Shown in pieces: positions 44,461-53,998 of a stretch of 64,000 bases of DNA. The DNA is from Pirellulales bacterium (GTDB lineage Bacteria; Planctomycetota; Planctomycetia; Pirellulales; Pirellulaceae): contig JAXMBM010000013.1 in the NCBI GenBank assembly GCA_046349855.1, positions 4,269 through 68,268 of the forward strand. The letters are read 5' to 3'. The first letter of the stretch is position 1. Each line of letters opens with the position of its first letter. A program made the translations under genes and the position numbers. Under the pieces are notes generated by a model, which did not search any database, was not told the origin of the DNA, and saw only the letters and a list, made by a program, of their open reading frames with translations.

Positions 44461-47400
44461 CTACTCGAAACGCAGCCAGCCGTGGCCGGCCAGTTGGGGA
44501 GTGACTCCGGCGGGGCGAGTCCAGGACTGGAAGCCGGCGCCGGGGATCACACGCTGGATGCCGACGCTCCAGACGGTTCCCGCGGCCGGTGGAGTAGCGA
44601 CCAGCTCATCCCAGGGAATGGCGGCTTCGATCGTCCAGCTCTCGGCATCTTGCTTGACGGCGACGTACCAGGTGGGATTCCACGATGCGTCTTCCGCGCA
44701 AGCGTCCTGAGTCCAGCCACGCTCGTCGATCGTCAGGCGGAAGGCGGTGGCATAGTCGCGATCCGTATCCAGGAAGAACTCGATGCGGTCACGTGCCTCC
44801 AGGGACGCGTCGCGCGGGCGCGGTGTGCTGGGGGCCACGTAGTCGTGATGAGGAGCGCGGCGGCAGGTAGCGGCCAGGTAGAAGAACTGGGAGTCGCGGG
44901 CCAGCCAGGCGGTGGTGGGCCAGTCCGCATCCTCACCCCACTCGCTGCGGACCGCGCACCGCACCGCCTGTTCCCAGGTTGGATCGTCGAGTTGTCCATC
45001 GAGTCGCGGGCGGGGGGTGGAAATCAACGACAGCAGGGGACGCGGCGTCTCCTCGTTTCGCTGCGGGCGCTGTTCCGGGCCGGTGGCTCGGGAACGCGTG
45101 CTGGCGGCCAGCCACAATTCGTCCGCCAGCGCCTGGCCGTGCGGCGAGAAAACGGGGCCGCGAGCGGCACTGCGCAACAGCTGATCGGCGTCGTCGGTAC
45201 GGCCGGCGGCGCGCAGGGTGGCGAGCCAGCTGAGTTTCCAGCGGGGCGCGGCGTACAGGGCGGGTCGACTTTGCTCCAGCACGCGGACCGTCTTTTCGGC
45301 GGCTTGTCGCGCCGAGCCGGCGGGTGAATGCTCGCTGGTCACGGTGGCGGGCTGGACCAGTTGCGGGGTGGCTCGCTTCCCCTTGCCGGTACTCGCCACC
45401 TCTTCCTGCGCCGCGGCCGGACGCACGGGTCCGAGCGGCGTGGCGGCGGCGTTGGCTTGGGCCAGCAAGGCCTGCCGAGCGGCCCGCTCGCGGCGCCAGT
45501 TCCATTCGCCGCTGGCCTGCAGTTCCAGCAACCGCACCAGAGCTGCGTCGGCAAGTTCGTGATGGGGCAGACGGGTGACGAGCAACTGCCAGGTCTCGAG
45601 CGCGAGTTCTCCCTGGCCGGCTTCGAGGAACCGCTGGCCGAGTTGCCAATAGAGGTCACCGGCGGCGGGTTTGCCGAATCCTTGGATGGTGCCGTCCAGT
45701 TGCGCGAGCCAGGCGGCTCCGGCCCCGCTCCCCTGATCCTGGGCACGGAGCAGCAGCTGTTGCAGCATCCGCTGCTTCTGCACGATCCGCGTCAGGTCGG
45801 CGAGTTCACCGCGGGGAGCGCTGGCGGAGGCCACATCCCGCCGGCCGTCCGCGCCCGACGGCAGCGAGATGCCGTCCAGCAGATCGCGCTGTGACGATTC
45901 GCCTCCCGTCGAGTTCATGATCAGTCGAAAACTGAGGGTGGAGGGAGCGGGCGTCGGCCGCGAGGTCAGAAGAAAACGCCCATGGCCGGCGATGTCGCTC
46001 AACGGGCGCGACCAGCGTGGAACGAGCTGCGAGGTGGGGATCGACACGCTGGCCCGTTCGCCGGCGCTCTGCAAGCCAAATACCTTGCGGACCCGCCACG
46101 GTGTCAGTCCCCAGTCGGCAATCTGCTGGGGAAATTCCTGCGGTTCTCCGGCTCGCTGGACGGCGGCGAGGACCGCCTGGCGAGTGAGGGCGGCGAGCGC
46201 GTCGGGATGTTCGCCCGACGGGTCGTCGGTCACGACCACTTCGGGACGCCAGGTGCGCAGGCGGGCAACGAGGTATTCGACCAGCCGTTCGAAGCCAGCC
46301 TGCTGGTGGAGTTCGTTCCAGCTGGCGACGATCCGCTCGCCGGACAAACCCAGGCCGCGTTGACGCACGGGGAAGGAAGACGCGACGTGGGCGCCCGATC
46401 CCCCCACTTCCACCACGGCGGCCTGCACGCGTGACTCGAGTGAACCGGCGTGATCGTCGGGCGCTTCCAGATCCCGGCGGAACGGGAGTTCGACGTACGA
46501 CAGGTAACCGTCGTTGCCGGCGGTCTGAGCGAACAGTTCCAGCGGCAGTTGCCGTTCATCGGCGAAGATCCCCAGCAGGGCCACGCGACCGCCGCCATGG
46601 ACGCGCTTCCAGCTGTCGCCACCGTCGCGGGTGACCAGCAGGGTGCCGAGCGCTCCGGCGGCCCAGCCGTGTTGGGAATCGAGGAACGTGATGCTGTGCA
46701 GCGGCAGTTCCTGGCCGGTGCGCTGCAGTTGCCAGGTGGCGCCGCGGTCGGAACTGTGCAGCACGCAGCTTCCCGGATCGCCAACCAGCCAGACGTGCGA
46801 GCCGACGGTGGCGAGGGCTCGCCAGTCGAGATGAGCGGCGGCGGCCGGGACCTCGCCGGCGGGAGGACTCCACTGAAGTCCCTGTTGAGTACTCTGGAGG
46901 AGCAGGCCATCGTCGCCGGCGAGCCATGCGCCGCGGGCTTCGTCCAGCTGGACACAGCGCACGTGACGCCCGCGCGCCCCGGGGACTTCCGCTTCGACGA
47001 GTCCTTCTTCCGTCAGCACGGCCGCTCGACCATCGCGACCGACCACCACGCCGCCTTTGTCCGCACGGCGCGGCGCGCGGGCGCTGCTGGCCGCGCCGGA
47101 GGTGGAGGCGGAGTTGCCGGCCGCGGTCGCTCGCGGTCGGGCGGCAGCGAAATCGCCGGCCAGCCAGGAACCGCCACTCGGCGCCGGAAGCGGGGCCCAA
47201 CTGCGTCCCCCGTCTTCGGAACGAAAGACGCCGGAGGGGTAGAGGGGCGACGGTTCGCCGATCGCCCACCCGTGTTGTTCATCGCGAAACCGGACGACGA
47301 GCAGCTGAGGCAGCGTGCTGGCCGGCACCGGCATCCAATTCTGTCCGCCATCGCGAGTGCGGAGGACCGCTCCGCGACTCTGCATCGTCCCTGGCTGGTG

Positions 47401-47835
47401 CCAGCCTCCCACGATCCAGCCATTCTGCGGATCGGTGAACCAGACCGATTCCCAGCGGCAAGTCAGCGGCGACTCGCGGCGCTGCCAGCTGCGTCCGCCA
47501 TTTTCCGTGGTCCAGATGACTCCCCGGTCGCCGACGGCCCAGCCTCGTTCGGGATCGAGAAAAAAGAGGTCGGTCAGCTCGGCGTCGGGCAGCATCTCCG
47601 GCGAGTGAACCGGGCTGGCTTCCAGTCGGATTTCGCTGCCTTTGGGAGGCGCCGCAGTCACGGGCGCGGCGAGCAGCGCGACGGCGAGCAGCGCGATGGT
47701 GGGCAGCGCGATGGTGGGCAGCGCGATGGTGGGCAGCGCGATGGTGGGTAGCGCCAACGACCGTCGAGTGAACCCAGGGGTGATCCGGGCGCGCGAGGTT
47801 CGAGGAGGCGCGATGCCTGGGGAGGGGGCGGTCAT
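44461..47835 (-). CDS. Large secreted protein: BNR/Ycf48-like propeller repeats, LmbE/PIG-L-like segment, helical repeats, C-terminal CBM9/DOMON-like domain
   Basis: The 1124-aa ORF shows GWAVGDRGVIWTTENGGRSWQRR, GAVLRTRDGGQNWMPV, FRSEDGGRSWAPL, SSDRGATWQLQ and VTRDGGDSWKRV. A further segment reads LRTWRPEVVVTDDPSGEHPD. The C-terminus reads DGQLDDPTWEQA...RIEFFLDTDRDYATAFRLTIDERG...WTIEAAIPWDEL. Confidence 0.8.
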   Translation of the reverse strand: MTAPSPGIAPPRTSRARITPGFTRRSLALPTIALPTIALPTIALPTIALLAVALLAAPVTAAPPKGSEIRLEASPVHSPEMLPDAELTDLFFLDPERGWAVGDRGVIWTTENGGRSWQRRESPLTCRWESVWFTDPQNGWIVGGWHQPGTMQSRGAVLRTRDGGQNWMPVPASTLPQLLVVRFRDEQHGWAIGEPSPLYPSGVFRSEDGGRSWAPLPAPSGGSWLAGDFAAARPRATAAGNSASTSGAASSARAPRRADKGGVVVGRDGRAAVLTEEGLVEAEVPGARGRHVRCVQLDEARGAWLAGDDGLLLQSTQQGLQWSPPAGEVPAAAAHLDWRALATVGSHVWLVGDPGSCVLHSSDRGATWQLQRTGQELPLHSITFLDSQHGWAAGALGTLLVTRDGGDSWKRVHGGGRVALLGIFADERQLPLELFAQTAGNDGYLSYVELPFRRDLEAPDDHAGSLESRVQAAVVEVGGSGAHVASSFPVRQRGLGLSGERIVASWNELHQQAGFERLVEYLVARLRTWRPEVVVTDDPSGEHPDALAALTRQAVLAAVQRAGEPQEFPQQIADWGLTPWRVRKVFGLQSAGERASVSIPTSQLVPRWSRPLSDIAGHGRFLLTSRPTPAPSTLSFRLIMNSTGGESSQRDLLDGISLPSGADGRRDVASASAPRGELADLTRIVQKQRMLQQLLLRAQDQGSGAGAAWLAQLDGTIQGFGKPAAGDLYWQLGQRFLEAGQGELALETWQLLVTRLPHHELADAALVRLLELQASGEWNWRRERAARQALLAQANAAATPLGPVRPAAAQEEVASTGKGKRATPQLVQPATVTSEHSPAGSARQAAEKTVRVLEQSRPALYAAPRWKLSWLATLRAAGRTDDADQLLRSAARGPVFSPHGQALADELWLAASTRSRATGPEQRPQRNEETPRPLLSLISTPRPRLDGQLDDPTWEQAVRCAVRSEWGEDADWPTTAWLARDSQFFYLAATCRRAPHHDYVAPSTPRPRDASLEARDRIEFFLDTDRDYATAFRLTIDERGWTQDACAEDASWNPTWYVAVKQDAESWTIEAAIPWDELVATPPAAGTVWSVGIQRVIPGAGFQSWTRPAGVTPQLAGHGWLRFE
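47691..47750. repeat. 4 x 15-bp perfect/near-perfect tandem repeat (GCGCGATGGTGGGCA) encoding (ALPTI)4 in the N-terminal signal region of the 1124-aa protein
   Basis: Read directly. The protein reads SLALPTIALPTIALPTIALPTIALLAVALLAAPVTA. Confidence 0.9.
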
Positions 47836-48593
47836 GGCGCGCCTGCTTCCTGCCGAGTGACCGGGAGAGTGTCGAGTTCCCGCGCCTCGCGGCGGAGTCG
47901 TTGAGCGACCCGGCGGAGTTGCTCGGCGTCGCGATACTGGCGGCGCACATCGAGTTCATGGGCACGCTGTTCGAGCTGGGCCGAGGTGTGGAACAGGGAG
48001 TCGACGATGTCCCGCAGCGGATCGGCGGGTTCGTCGGGCGGAGCGGTGGAGTGGATTTCCGCGGGAGGCAGCGGCAGGGGCGGGACGTCGTGGGGTTGAG
48101 TCGCCTCGGGGACCAGGGGAGGGGCGAGCGGGATGTGAGGAGCGTCGGTCGGCCGGCTCGACAGTTCCCGCAGCGCCTCGGTGAACGCCTGATCTCCTCG
48201 GGGGGACGCGGCCAGGGGACTTCCCAGAGCCCGACGCAGGCGGAGGATGTCGTCGAAAACGGTGTCGCGGGGGGGAGGGGTGGAGGCGGTCTGAGGACCG
48301 CTCGGTTCCGCCGCGGCGGCGGCAGCGGCCGCCCATTCGGCCGGTGACTCCCCTTGGGATGGCCCAAAGGCCGACGGAGCGGCCGGGACCGTGGGGCGCG
48401 GGGCTTCGGTGGGGCCAGCGGTCGGTCGCGAGGTACCTGCGGGCTGGGGAGCGACCGATGGGTGGCCGGCGGGCGGGGAATCGTACGGCAGCGGCAGGGG
48501 ATCGTCACCCGAGCGTGCCAGGGAGCTCAAACCCAGGAGGGCCCAGAAGAACCAGCCACTCCACCGGACCACGCGACATCCCTGACCGCTCAT
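47832..48593 (-). CDS. Pro-rich secreted/anchored hypothetical protein with C-terminal coiled coil, translationally coupled to the downstream 1124-aa gene
   Basis: I chose ATG 48593 (GGGAGG upstream; MSGQGCRVVRWSGWFFWALLGLSSLA). The stop overlaps the next ATG (ATGA at 47832-47835). Confidence 0.6.
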   Translation of the reverse strand: MSGQGCRVVRWSGWFFWALLGLSSLARSGDDPLPLPYDSPPAGHPSVAPQPAGTSRPTAGPTEAPRPTVPAAPSAFGPSQGESPAEWAAAAAAAAEPSGPQTASTPPPRDTVFDDILRLRRALGSPLAASPRGDQAFTEALRELSSRPTDAPHIPLAPPLVPEATQPHDVPPLPLPPAEIHSTAPPDEPADPLRDIVDSLFHTSAQLEQRAHELDVRRQYRDAEQLRRVAQRLRREARELDTLPVTRQEAGAP

Positions 48594-49006
48594 GCCACGA
48601 CCTCCCTGTCGTTTCGACACCGATTGCAAACCGGGACAGATTATAGCGCTGCGCACGGCGAGTCTCAAAGAGCAAACCTGAGGTGGGGCGGCCGTCCGAC
48701 CCACGTCAGCTTTTGCAGATCATGAGTGGTGCTGGAAAACGTCCATAGGAGAATTGGCGTTTCTTGTGTTACCGGGGACTTTCGCGAATGGGGTGGCCGG
48801 ACATCCGGCTGTTCCCGCATCCTCGGGACACGAGGCCCGACCTCCGGTCGAGGATTTCGCCGCATCCTGCGGCGACGGGTTAACGCTTTCGTGCTGATCC
48901 CAGAGCCGGTCTTGTGCCGGATGGGGTCTATACGTGCCTTGGTGGCGGCCTGAGGGGACGACTAGCTGGACCGCGCCACTTGGCGGCGAATTCTCCAGTA
49001 ATTCCT

Positions 49007-49206
49007 GCCCCGAAGGGGCTGAACATGCCAGCCCAGGGCAACGCCCTGGGAAGGCTTGCGAGAAGATCCCCTAAGCCCTGAAAGGGCGAAATAGAGGCGT
49101 GTTAGCGGCGTTTGTTGCGCCCCTTCGGGGCTGCCGAATTCTCATTCGTCGTCCGAACCAGGGCGTTGCCCTGGGCTGGTTTGTCGTGCCCCTTCGGGGC
49201 GGAAGA
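49007..49206 (+). repeat. R3 element copy 2, with an additional left arm that is an imperfect inverted repeat of its right arm
   Basis: The core 49055-49206 matches 39069-39206. The left arm 49007-49050 is GCCCCGAAGGGGC..CCCAGGGCAACGCCCTGGG. It is the approximate reverse complement of 49158-49200, CCAGGGCGTTGCCCTGG..GCCCCTTCGGGGC. Confidence 0.7.
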
Positions 49207-49392
49207 CGGAACGGGCGGAAGCTGACGTGGGCCCGCTGCCGTGGGGCCGTGCGAACGGGCGGAGTGAGGCTGCCGGCACGCCGGGCGCCGGGGGACGCCG
49301 TTCGTTGACACCCTGGAAGGGCACTTCTAGAATCGACGCTCGTTTTTTCTCCAGGTCATGGGCGTGCAAGTGGTTGCGGGAGGCTGGGCATC

Positions 49393-51351
49393 ATGGCAGA
49401 CGCGGCAGGCGGGCAGATTGACTCGGTAATGCATGAAACCAGATTGTTTCCGCCGTCTGCCGAGTTCGCGGCACAGGCCCGCATCGGGTCGCGGTCGGCT
49501 TACGAGGCTCTGTACGCGGAGGCGCAGGCCGACCCGCAGGCTTTCTGGGCGCGGCTGGCCCGCGAGGAACTGCACTGGTTCAAGCCCTTCGACCAGGTGC
49601 TCGACTGGCAGCAGCCGCTGGCCAAGTGGTTCGTCGGCGGTCAGACGAACGTCTCGTACAACTGCCTCGACCTGCATCTGACGACCGCGCGACGCAACAA
49701 GGCGGCCCTGGTGTGGGAAGGGGAGCCGGGGGATCAGCGGACGCTGACCTACCAGCAGCTGCATCGCGAAGTCTGCCAGTTTGCCAACGTCCTCAAGCAG
49801 TTGGGCATTGGCCGCGGCGACGTCGTGTCGATTTATATGCCGATGGTCCCCGAACTGGCGATCGCCATGCTGGCCTGCGCCCGGATCGGCGCCATTCACT
49901 CGGTGATCTTCGGCGGGTTCTCGGCCGAGGCGGTGGCGGACCGCAACAACGATGCCGGCTCGAAGCTGGTCATCACGGCCGACGGTGGCTGGCGGCGCGG
50001 CAAGATCCTGCCGCTCAAGGAAACCGTCGACGTGGCCCTCGCCAAATCTCCCACAGTGAAGCACTGCGTGGTGCTGAAGCGCTGCGGAAACACGGCGCCG
50101 ATGACGGCCGGCCGGGATGTGTGGTGGCACGACGTCATGGCCCAGGCTTCGGCGCAGTGCCCCGCCGAACCGCTGGACAGCGAATCGTCGCTGTTCATCC
50201 TCTACACCAGCGGCTCGACCGGCAAGCCCAAGGGGATCCGGCATACGACGGCCGGATACAACCTGTACGCGAAGAAGACCTTCGAGTGGGTGTTCGACAT
50301 TCGCGAGGACGATCTGTTCTGGTGCACGGCGGACTGTGGCTGGATCACCGGACACAGCTACATCGTCTATGGCCCGCTGGCGGCCGGCGCTTCGGTCATG
50401 ATGTACGAGGGAGCGCCCAACTGGCCGCAGGAAGATCGCTTCTGGGAGATCATCGAGAAGTACCGCGTCAATATTCTCTATACGGCGCCGACGGCGATCC
50501 GTGCCTTTATCAAGTGGGGCGATCATCACGTCGACAAGCATGACCTGTCGAGTCTCCGGCTGCTGGGAAGTGTGGGCGAAGGGATCAATCCCGAGGCCTG
50601 GATGTGGTACTACCGCAAGATCGGCGGCGAGCGGTGTCCGATCGTCGACACGTGGTGGCAGACCGAAACGGGCGGCATCATGATGTCGCCGCTGCCGGGA
50701 GCGATCCCCACGAAACCGGGCAGCTGTACCAAGCCGCTCCCCGGAGTGATTCCGGAAATCGTGGACGAAGCGGGGCGGCCGGTGCCGACCGACCACGGTG
50801 GCTGGCTGGTCATTTCGCACCCGTGGCCCGGGATGCTGCGCGGCATCTGGGGGGACGACCAGCGGTACTACGACCAGTACTGGCGCAAGGTTCCGGGAAA
50901 ATATCTGTGCGGCGACAATGCCCGCATCGACGCCGACGGCTACTACTGGATCATGGGGCGCATCGACGACGTGATCAACGTGTCGGGGCACCGGCTGAGC
51001 ACGATCGAGATCGAGAGCGCGCTGGTCAGCCACCCGGCAGTGGCGGAAGCGGCAGCGGTCGGTCGCCCGGATGATCTCAAGGGGCAAGCCGTGGCCGTCT
51101 TCGTCACGCTCAAGACGGGTGATCCGACCGAGCAGCTGCGCGAGGAACTCAAGCGGCACGTGCGGAAGGAGATCGGCGCGTTGGCGCAGCCGGACGATAT
51201 CCGCTTCACTGGGGCTCTGCCAAAGACCCGTAGCGGCAAGATCATGCGCCGTCTGCTGCGCGACATCGCGGCCGGCAAAGAGACGATCCAGGATACGTCG
51301 ACTCTGGAGGACTACAGCATCCTGGCCAAGCTGCGGAGCGACGACGAGTAA
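49393..51351 (+). CDS. acs: Acetyl-CoA synthetase (AMP-forming)
   Basis: The 652-aa ORF has GGGAGG upstream. Motifs: [63 protein letters not shown] and [15 protein letters not shown]. Confidence 0.95.
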   Translation: MADAAGGQIDSVMHETRLFPPSAEFAAQARIGSRSAYEALYAEAQADPQAFWARLAREELHWFKPFDQVLDWQQPLAKWFVGGQTNVSYNCLDLHLTTARRNKAALVWEGEPGDQRTLTYQQLHREVCQFANVLKQLGIGRGDVVSIYMPMVPELAIAMLACARIGAIHSVIFGGFSAEAVADRNNDAGSKLVITADGGWRRGKILPLKETVDVALAKSPTVKHCVVLKRCGNTAPMTAGRDVWWHDVMAQASAQCPAEPLDSESSLFILYTSGSTGKPKGIRHTTAGYNLYAKKTFEWVFDIREDDLFWCTADCGWITGHSYIVYGPLAAGASVMMYEGAPNWPQEDRFWEIIEKYRVNILYTAPTAIRAFIKWGDHHVDKHDLSSLRLLGSVGEGINPEAWMWYYRKIGGERCPIVDTWWQTETGGIMMSPLPGAIPTKPGSCTKPLPGVIPEIVDEAGRPVPTDHGGWLVISHPWPGMLRGIWGDDQRYYDQYWRKVPGKYLCGDNARIDADGYYWIMGRIDDVINVSGHRLSTIEIESALVSHPAVAEAAAVGRPDDLKGQAVAVFVTLKTGDPTEQLREELKRHVRKEIGALAQPDDIRFTGALPKTRSGKIMRRLLRDIAAGKETIQDTSTLEDYSILAKLRSDDE

Positions 51352-51602
51352 GCGGTCGCGCGGTGAGTAGGACACCGGAAGGCTAAGCTGCCAAGAGAGT
51401 TGCGGACTTGCGCGAGAAGTCGGATCGTACCGTCCTGGGAGGCGTTTCCCGGCGGTCCGGCCGAGCTCCGCGGCCTTTCCAAACGTGCTGGCAGGCCGTA
51501 TCGTGGTAGAGCTCGATCATTGCGCCGGGAACGGGATGTCTCGGAAGACTCCGGTTTCAGGGAGGTGGTGCGTACGCATGTAGTCACGGTCCAGAGCTCG
51601 GC

Positions 51603-53417
51603 ATGAGCGAACTGTTGTTCCAATACGAGAAGGTCAACCCAACGACGTGGGCCTACCTGTCGTCGTTGTTAATGATCGGCTTGTACTTCAAATTCAGCCG
51701 TTTCTGGAGCGTCCGTAATCTGGATCTGGCGCTGCTCATCCTGTTGGCCCCGGGACTGCTGCTGGCGTTTCAGGGGCAAGAGTCGGCGCAGTTGACCTGG
51801 GTGGAACTGCAAACAGCGCGGGCTCAGCGCCTGGCCGAATTGGAACGGCTCGAAGCCCCGTCGGCTCAACCTCCGCCCGGCGGAGCGTCGGCGTCGCCAC
51901 CCGGTGCCGCAAATCCCGGCACCGAAAATTCCGGTGCCGAAAATTCCGGCGCCGCAGATTCCGGCGCCGCCCGACCCACGTCAGCCCCTCCGGACCCCGC
52001 GCCACCTGAGCCAGCTCCATTGAGGGCCGCGCCGTCGGACGGTGCAGCGACACCCGAGGCCAAGCCTGACTCCGTGTCCGGTGTCGTGCGCGACGACCAG
52101 GTCGACGACGACGAAGCCGCTCCGGGAAGGGAGTCAGGGACAGCGACGTCGCCGTCCGCCGCGCCGCCGGGGACGACGGCGGCAACTTTGCCGGGGCCAG
52201 AAGCGCCGGCCGAAGTTGCGGTCAATAGTCCGCTGGACGTGGCGGACATGGCGGTGAATCTGGCCGAGTTGAGTTGGCAGCGTTCACGGTCGATCGCGGC
52301 GCTGGGGTTCGTGTGGCTGATCGGCGGCGGCGGTGTGCTGTTGATCCGACTGCTGCTCGATCCGACCATGGCACGTCGTCCGTTGCTCGAACCCAACCTG
52401 TCGACCGGGGGACTGATTTTCATCGCCTGTTCGCTGTTCATCTTCTTGATGGCGAACGTGATTGCCAGCGTACCGACCGACGACGACTTGCAGGGGCCGC
52501 GGGGGGCGGCGGCGTTGTTGAGTCGGGAGACGTTGCCCAAGGAAGAGAACGATCTGGCGCGTCACGGTCCGGGGTACGCGGTACTGAACTTGTTGCCGAG
52601 CGTGCCGACGATGTCGCTGCTGCAACCGCCGACGGACGGGCGGCCCGCGCAGGCCGTCTACGCGGTGGTGGCCAAGGTGATGGCGATCCTGGCACATTTC
52701 GGCGTGGTGCTGGGGATCGTGACGGTGGGCTACCGGCACTTCGACAATCTGAAGATGGGGGTCGGCGCCGCGACGCTCTACCTCATGCTGCCGTACACGG
52801 CTCTGATGACGGGACGTGTCGACCACGTGCTGCCGGCCGCCCTGCTGCTCTGGGCCGTCGTCTGTTATCGGCGGCCGTTGCTGGCCGGCATCTTCATCGG
52901 CCTGTCGGCGGGCGTGGTGTACTATCCGGTGTTCCTCTTGCCGCTGTGGTTGAGCTTTTACTGGCAACGAGGCGTGTGGCGATTCCTCATCGGCGTGACG
53001 GCAACGTTGGGCCTGATGATCTTGTCGCTGGTCTTCGTGTCGTCGAATCTGGCCGAGTTCCAGGCCAACGTGCAGAAGATGTTCGGTCTGTGGTTCCCCG
53101 TTCGCGAAGGGCTGGGCGGTATCTGGGGGCTGGGCTGGGATCCGGTGTATCGACTGCCGGTGCTGGCGAGCTTTATCGCCATCAGCGGGACGCTGGCCAT
53201 CTGGCCGGCGCAGAAGAACCTGGGGACGCTGCTGAGCTGTTCGGCGGCCATCATGGTGGCGACTCAATTCTGGCATCCGCATGGTGGCGGGCTGTACATC
53301 GCCTGGTATCTGCCGCTGCTGCTGCTGACGATCTTCCGGCCGAACCTGGAGGATCGAGTGGCGCTGACGGTGCTGGCGGAAGGCTGGTTCGTCCGCCGCC
53401 CGCGCCGCGCCGCCTGA
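51603..53417 (+). CDS. Polytopic membrane protein of unknown function with a long low-complexity Pro/Ala/Gly insert
   Basis: The 604-aa ORF has N-terminal TM helices and a low-complexity region at ~aa 90-200. It then has at least 8 further hydrophobic segments (LIFIACSLFIFLMANVIA, VMAILAHFGVVLGIVTVGY, ...). Confidence 0.7.
   Translation: MSELLFQYEKVNPTTWAYLSSLLMIGLYFKFSRFWSVRNLDLALLILLAPGLLLAFQGQESAQLTWVELQTARAQRLAELERLEAPSAQPPPGGASASPPGAANPGTENSGAENSGAADSGAARPTSAPPDPAPPEPAPLRAAPSDGAATPEAKPDSVSGVVRDDQVDDDEAAPGRESGTATSPSAAPPGTTAATLPGPEAPAEVAVNSPLDVADMAVNLAELSWQRSRSIAALGFVWLIGGGGVLLIRLLLDPTMARRPLLEPNLSTGGLIFIACSLFIFLMANVIASVPTDDDLQGPRGAAALLSRETLPKEENDLARHGPGYAVLNLLPSVPTMSLLQPPTDGRPAQAVYAVVAKVMAILAHFGVVLGIVTVGYRHFDNLKMGVGAATLYLMLPYTALMTGRVDHVLPAALLLWAVVCYRRPLLAGIFIGLSAGVVYYPVFLLPLWLSFYWQRGVWRFLIGVTATLGLMILSLVFVSSNLAEFQANVQKMFGLWFPVREGLGGIWGLGWDPVYRLPVLASFIAISGTLAIWPAQKNLGTLLSCSAAIMVATQFWHPHGGGLYIAWYLPLLLLTIFRPNLEDRVALTVLAEGWFVRRPRRAA
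51901..51975. repeat. 5 x 15-bp imperfect tandem repeat (CCGGYGCCGMAAATT-like) inside the membrane-protein gene
   Basis: CCGGTGCCGCAAATC CCGGCACCGAAAATT CCGGTGCCGAAAATT CCGGCGCCGCAGATT CCGGCGCCGCCCGAC. It encodes PGAANPGTENSGAENSGAADSGAA. Confidence 0.85.
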
Positions 53418-53480
53418 CGTTCGCCCAGCCTGCTCGTTCGCTAGCTCGCCGACTGGCCCGCCCGCGAGCTGCGGTCGCGA

Positions 53481-53496
53481 TGCTAAAAAATTAGCA
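53481..53496. promoter_or_regulatory. Inverted repeat TGCTAA-N4-TTAGCA (candidate distal BlaI-family operator)
   Basis: TGCTAAAAAATTAGCA, read directly. It has the same half-sites as the proximal site. Confidence 0.55.
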
Positions 53497-53521
53497 GAAG
53501 GAACTTGACGGCCGCCGCTGA

Positions 53522-53539
53522 GTGCTAATAATTTAGCAC
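53522..53539. promoter_or_regulatory. Inverted repeat GTGCTAA-TAAT-TTAGCAC (candidate proximal BlaI-family operator overlapping a -10-like TAATAAT)
   Basis: It ends 2 nt before the blaI-like ATG (53542). TTGACG at 53505-53510 lies 16 nt upstream of TAATAA. No SD is visible, so a leaderless or near-leaderless mRNA is possible. Confidence 0.55.
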
Positions 53540-53541
53540 CT

Positions 53542-53931
53542 ATGAGCCGCGAACCTACCGCCGAGTTGAGTCGCCGTGAACGGCAGATCATGGAGATCGT
53601 GTATGCCCGTGGAGAGGCCTCGGCCGCTCAGGTGCTGGCCGAACTCCCCGATCCTCCCAGCTATTCGGCCGTCCGCGCTCTGCTGACGATTCTCGAACAA
53701 AAAGGGCAGCTCAAGCATCGAGCGGAACGGGGGAAATACATCTATATCCCGACGCGCCGTCGCGCTCATGCCGGACGCTCGGCCCTGGTCCGCGTACTCC
53801 AAACGTTCTTCGAAGGCTCGCTGGAAAAGGCGGTCGCGGCGCTGCTGCAAAGCTCCGATGCACGCTTGTCGGACGAAGAGGTCAAGCGGCTCAAACAACT
53901 GATCGACGAAGCTCGGCTGGACGAACGTTGA
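53542..53931 (+). CDS. blaI: BlaI/MecI/CopY-family transcriptional repressor
   Basis: The 129-aa ORF has a winged-helix region, LSRRERQIMEIVYARGEASAAQVLAELPDPPSYSAVRALLTILEQKGQLKH. Confidence 0.85.
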   Translation: MSREPTAELSRRERQIMEIVYARGEASAAQVLAELPDPPSYSAVRALLTILEQKGQLKHRAERGKYIYIPTRRRAHAGRSALVRVLQTFFEGSLEKAVAALLQSSDARLSDEEVKRLKQLIDEARLDER

Positions 53932-53998
53932 CCGGCACGCGCTAGGTTCCTGCTCGCCCATCAGCTGGTCATTCGCCTAATCTGCGGGAGGATTCGCC

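Noticed and set aside
47691-47750. Tandem repeats here, and at 51901-51975 and 41461-41505, as possible CRISPR arrays.
   Set aside because: The units are 15 bp, directly adjacent with no spacers. At 47691 and 51901 they lie in-frame inside coding sequence. No cas genes are present.
49327-51375. 682-aa ORF antisense to acs. Similar long antisense ORFs occur at 17502-18839 (+), 28478-29596 (-), 29395-30585 (-), 31911-33758 (+), 30997-33048 (-), 35896-37257 (+), 36828-38297 (+), 39180-40406 (+), 40521-41639 (-), 42935-44431 (-), 46450-47751 (+), 47279-48508 (-) and 52284-53591 (-).
   Set aside because: They overlap genes that have clear family motifs on the other strand or frame. Their translations are Arg/Pro/Gly/His-rich with no recognisable motifs. 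Long spurious open frames are expected at this GC content.
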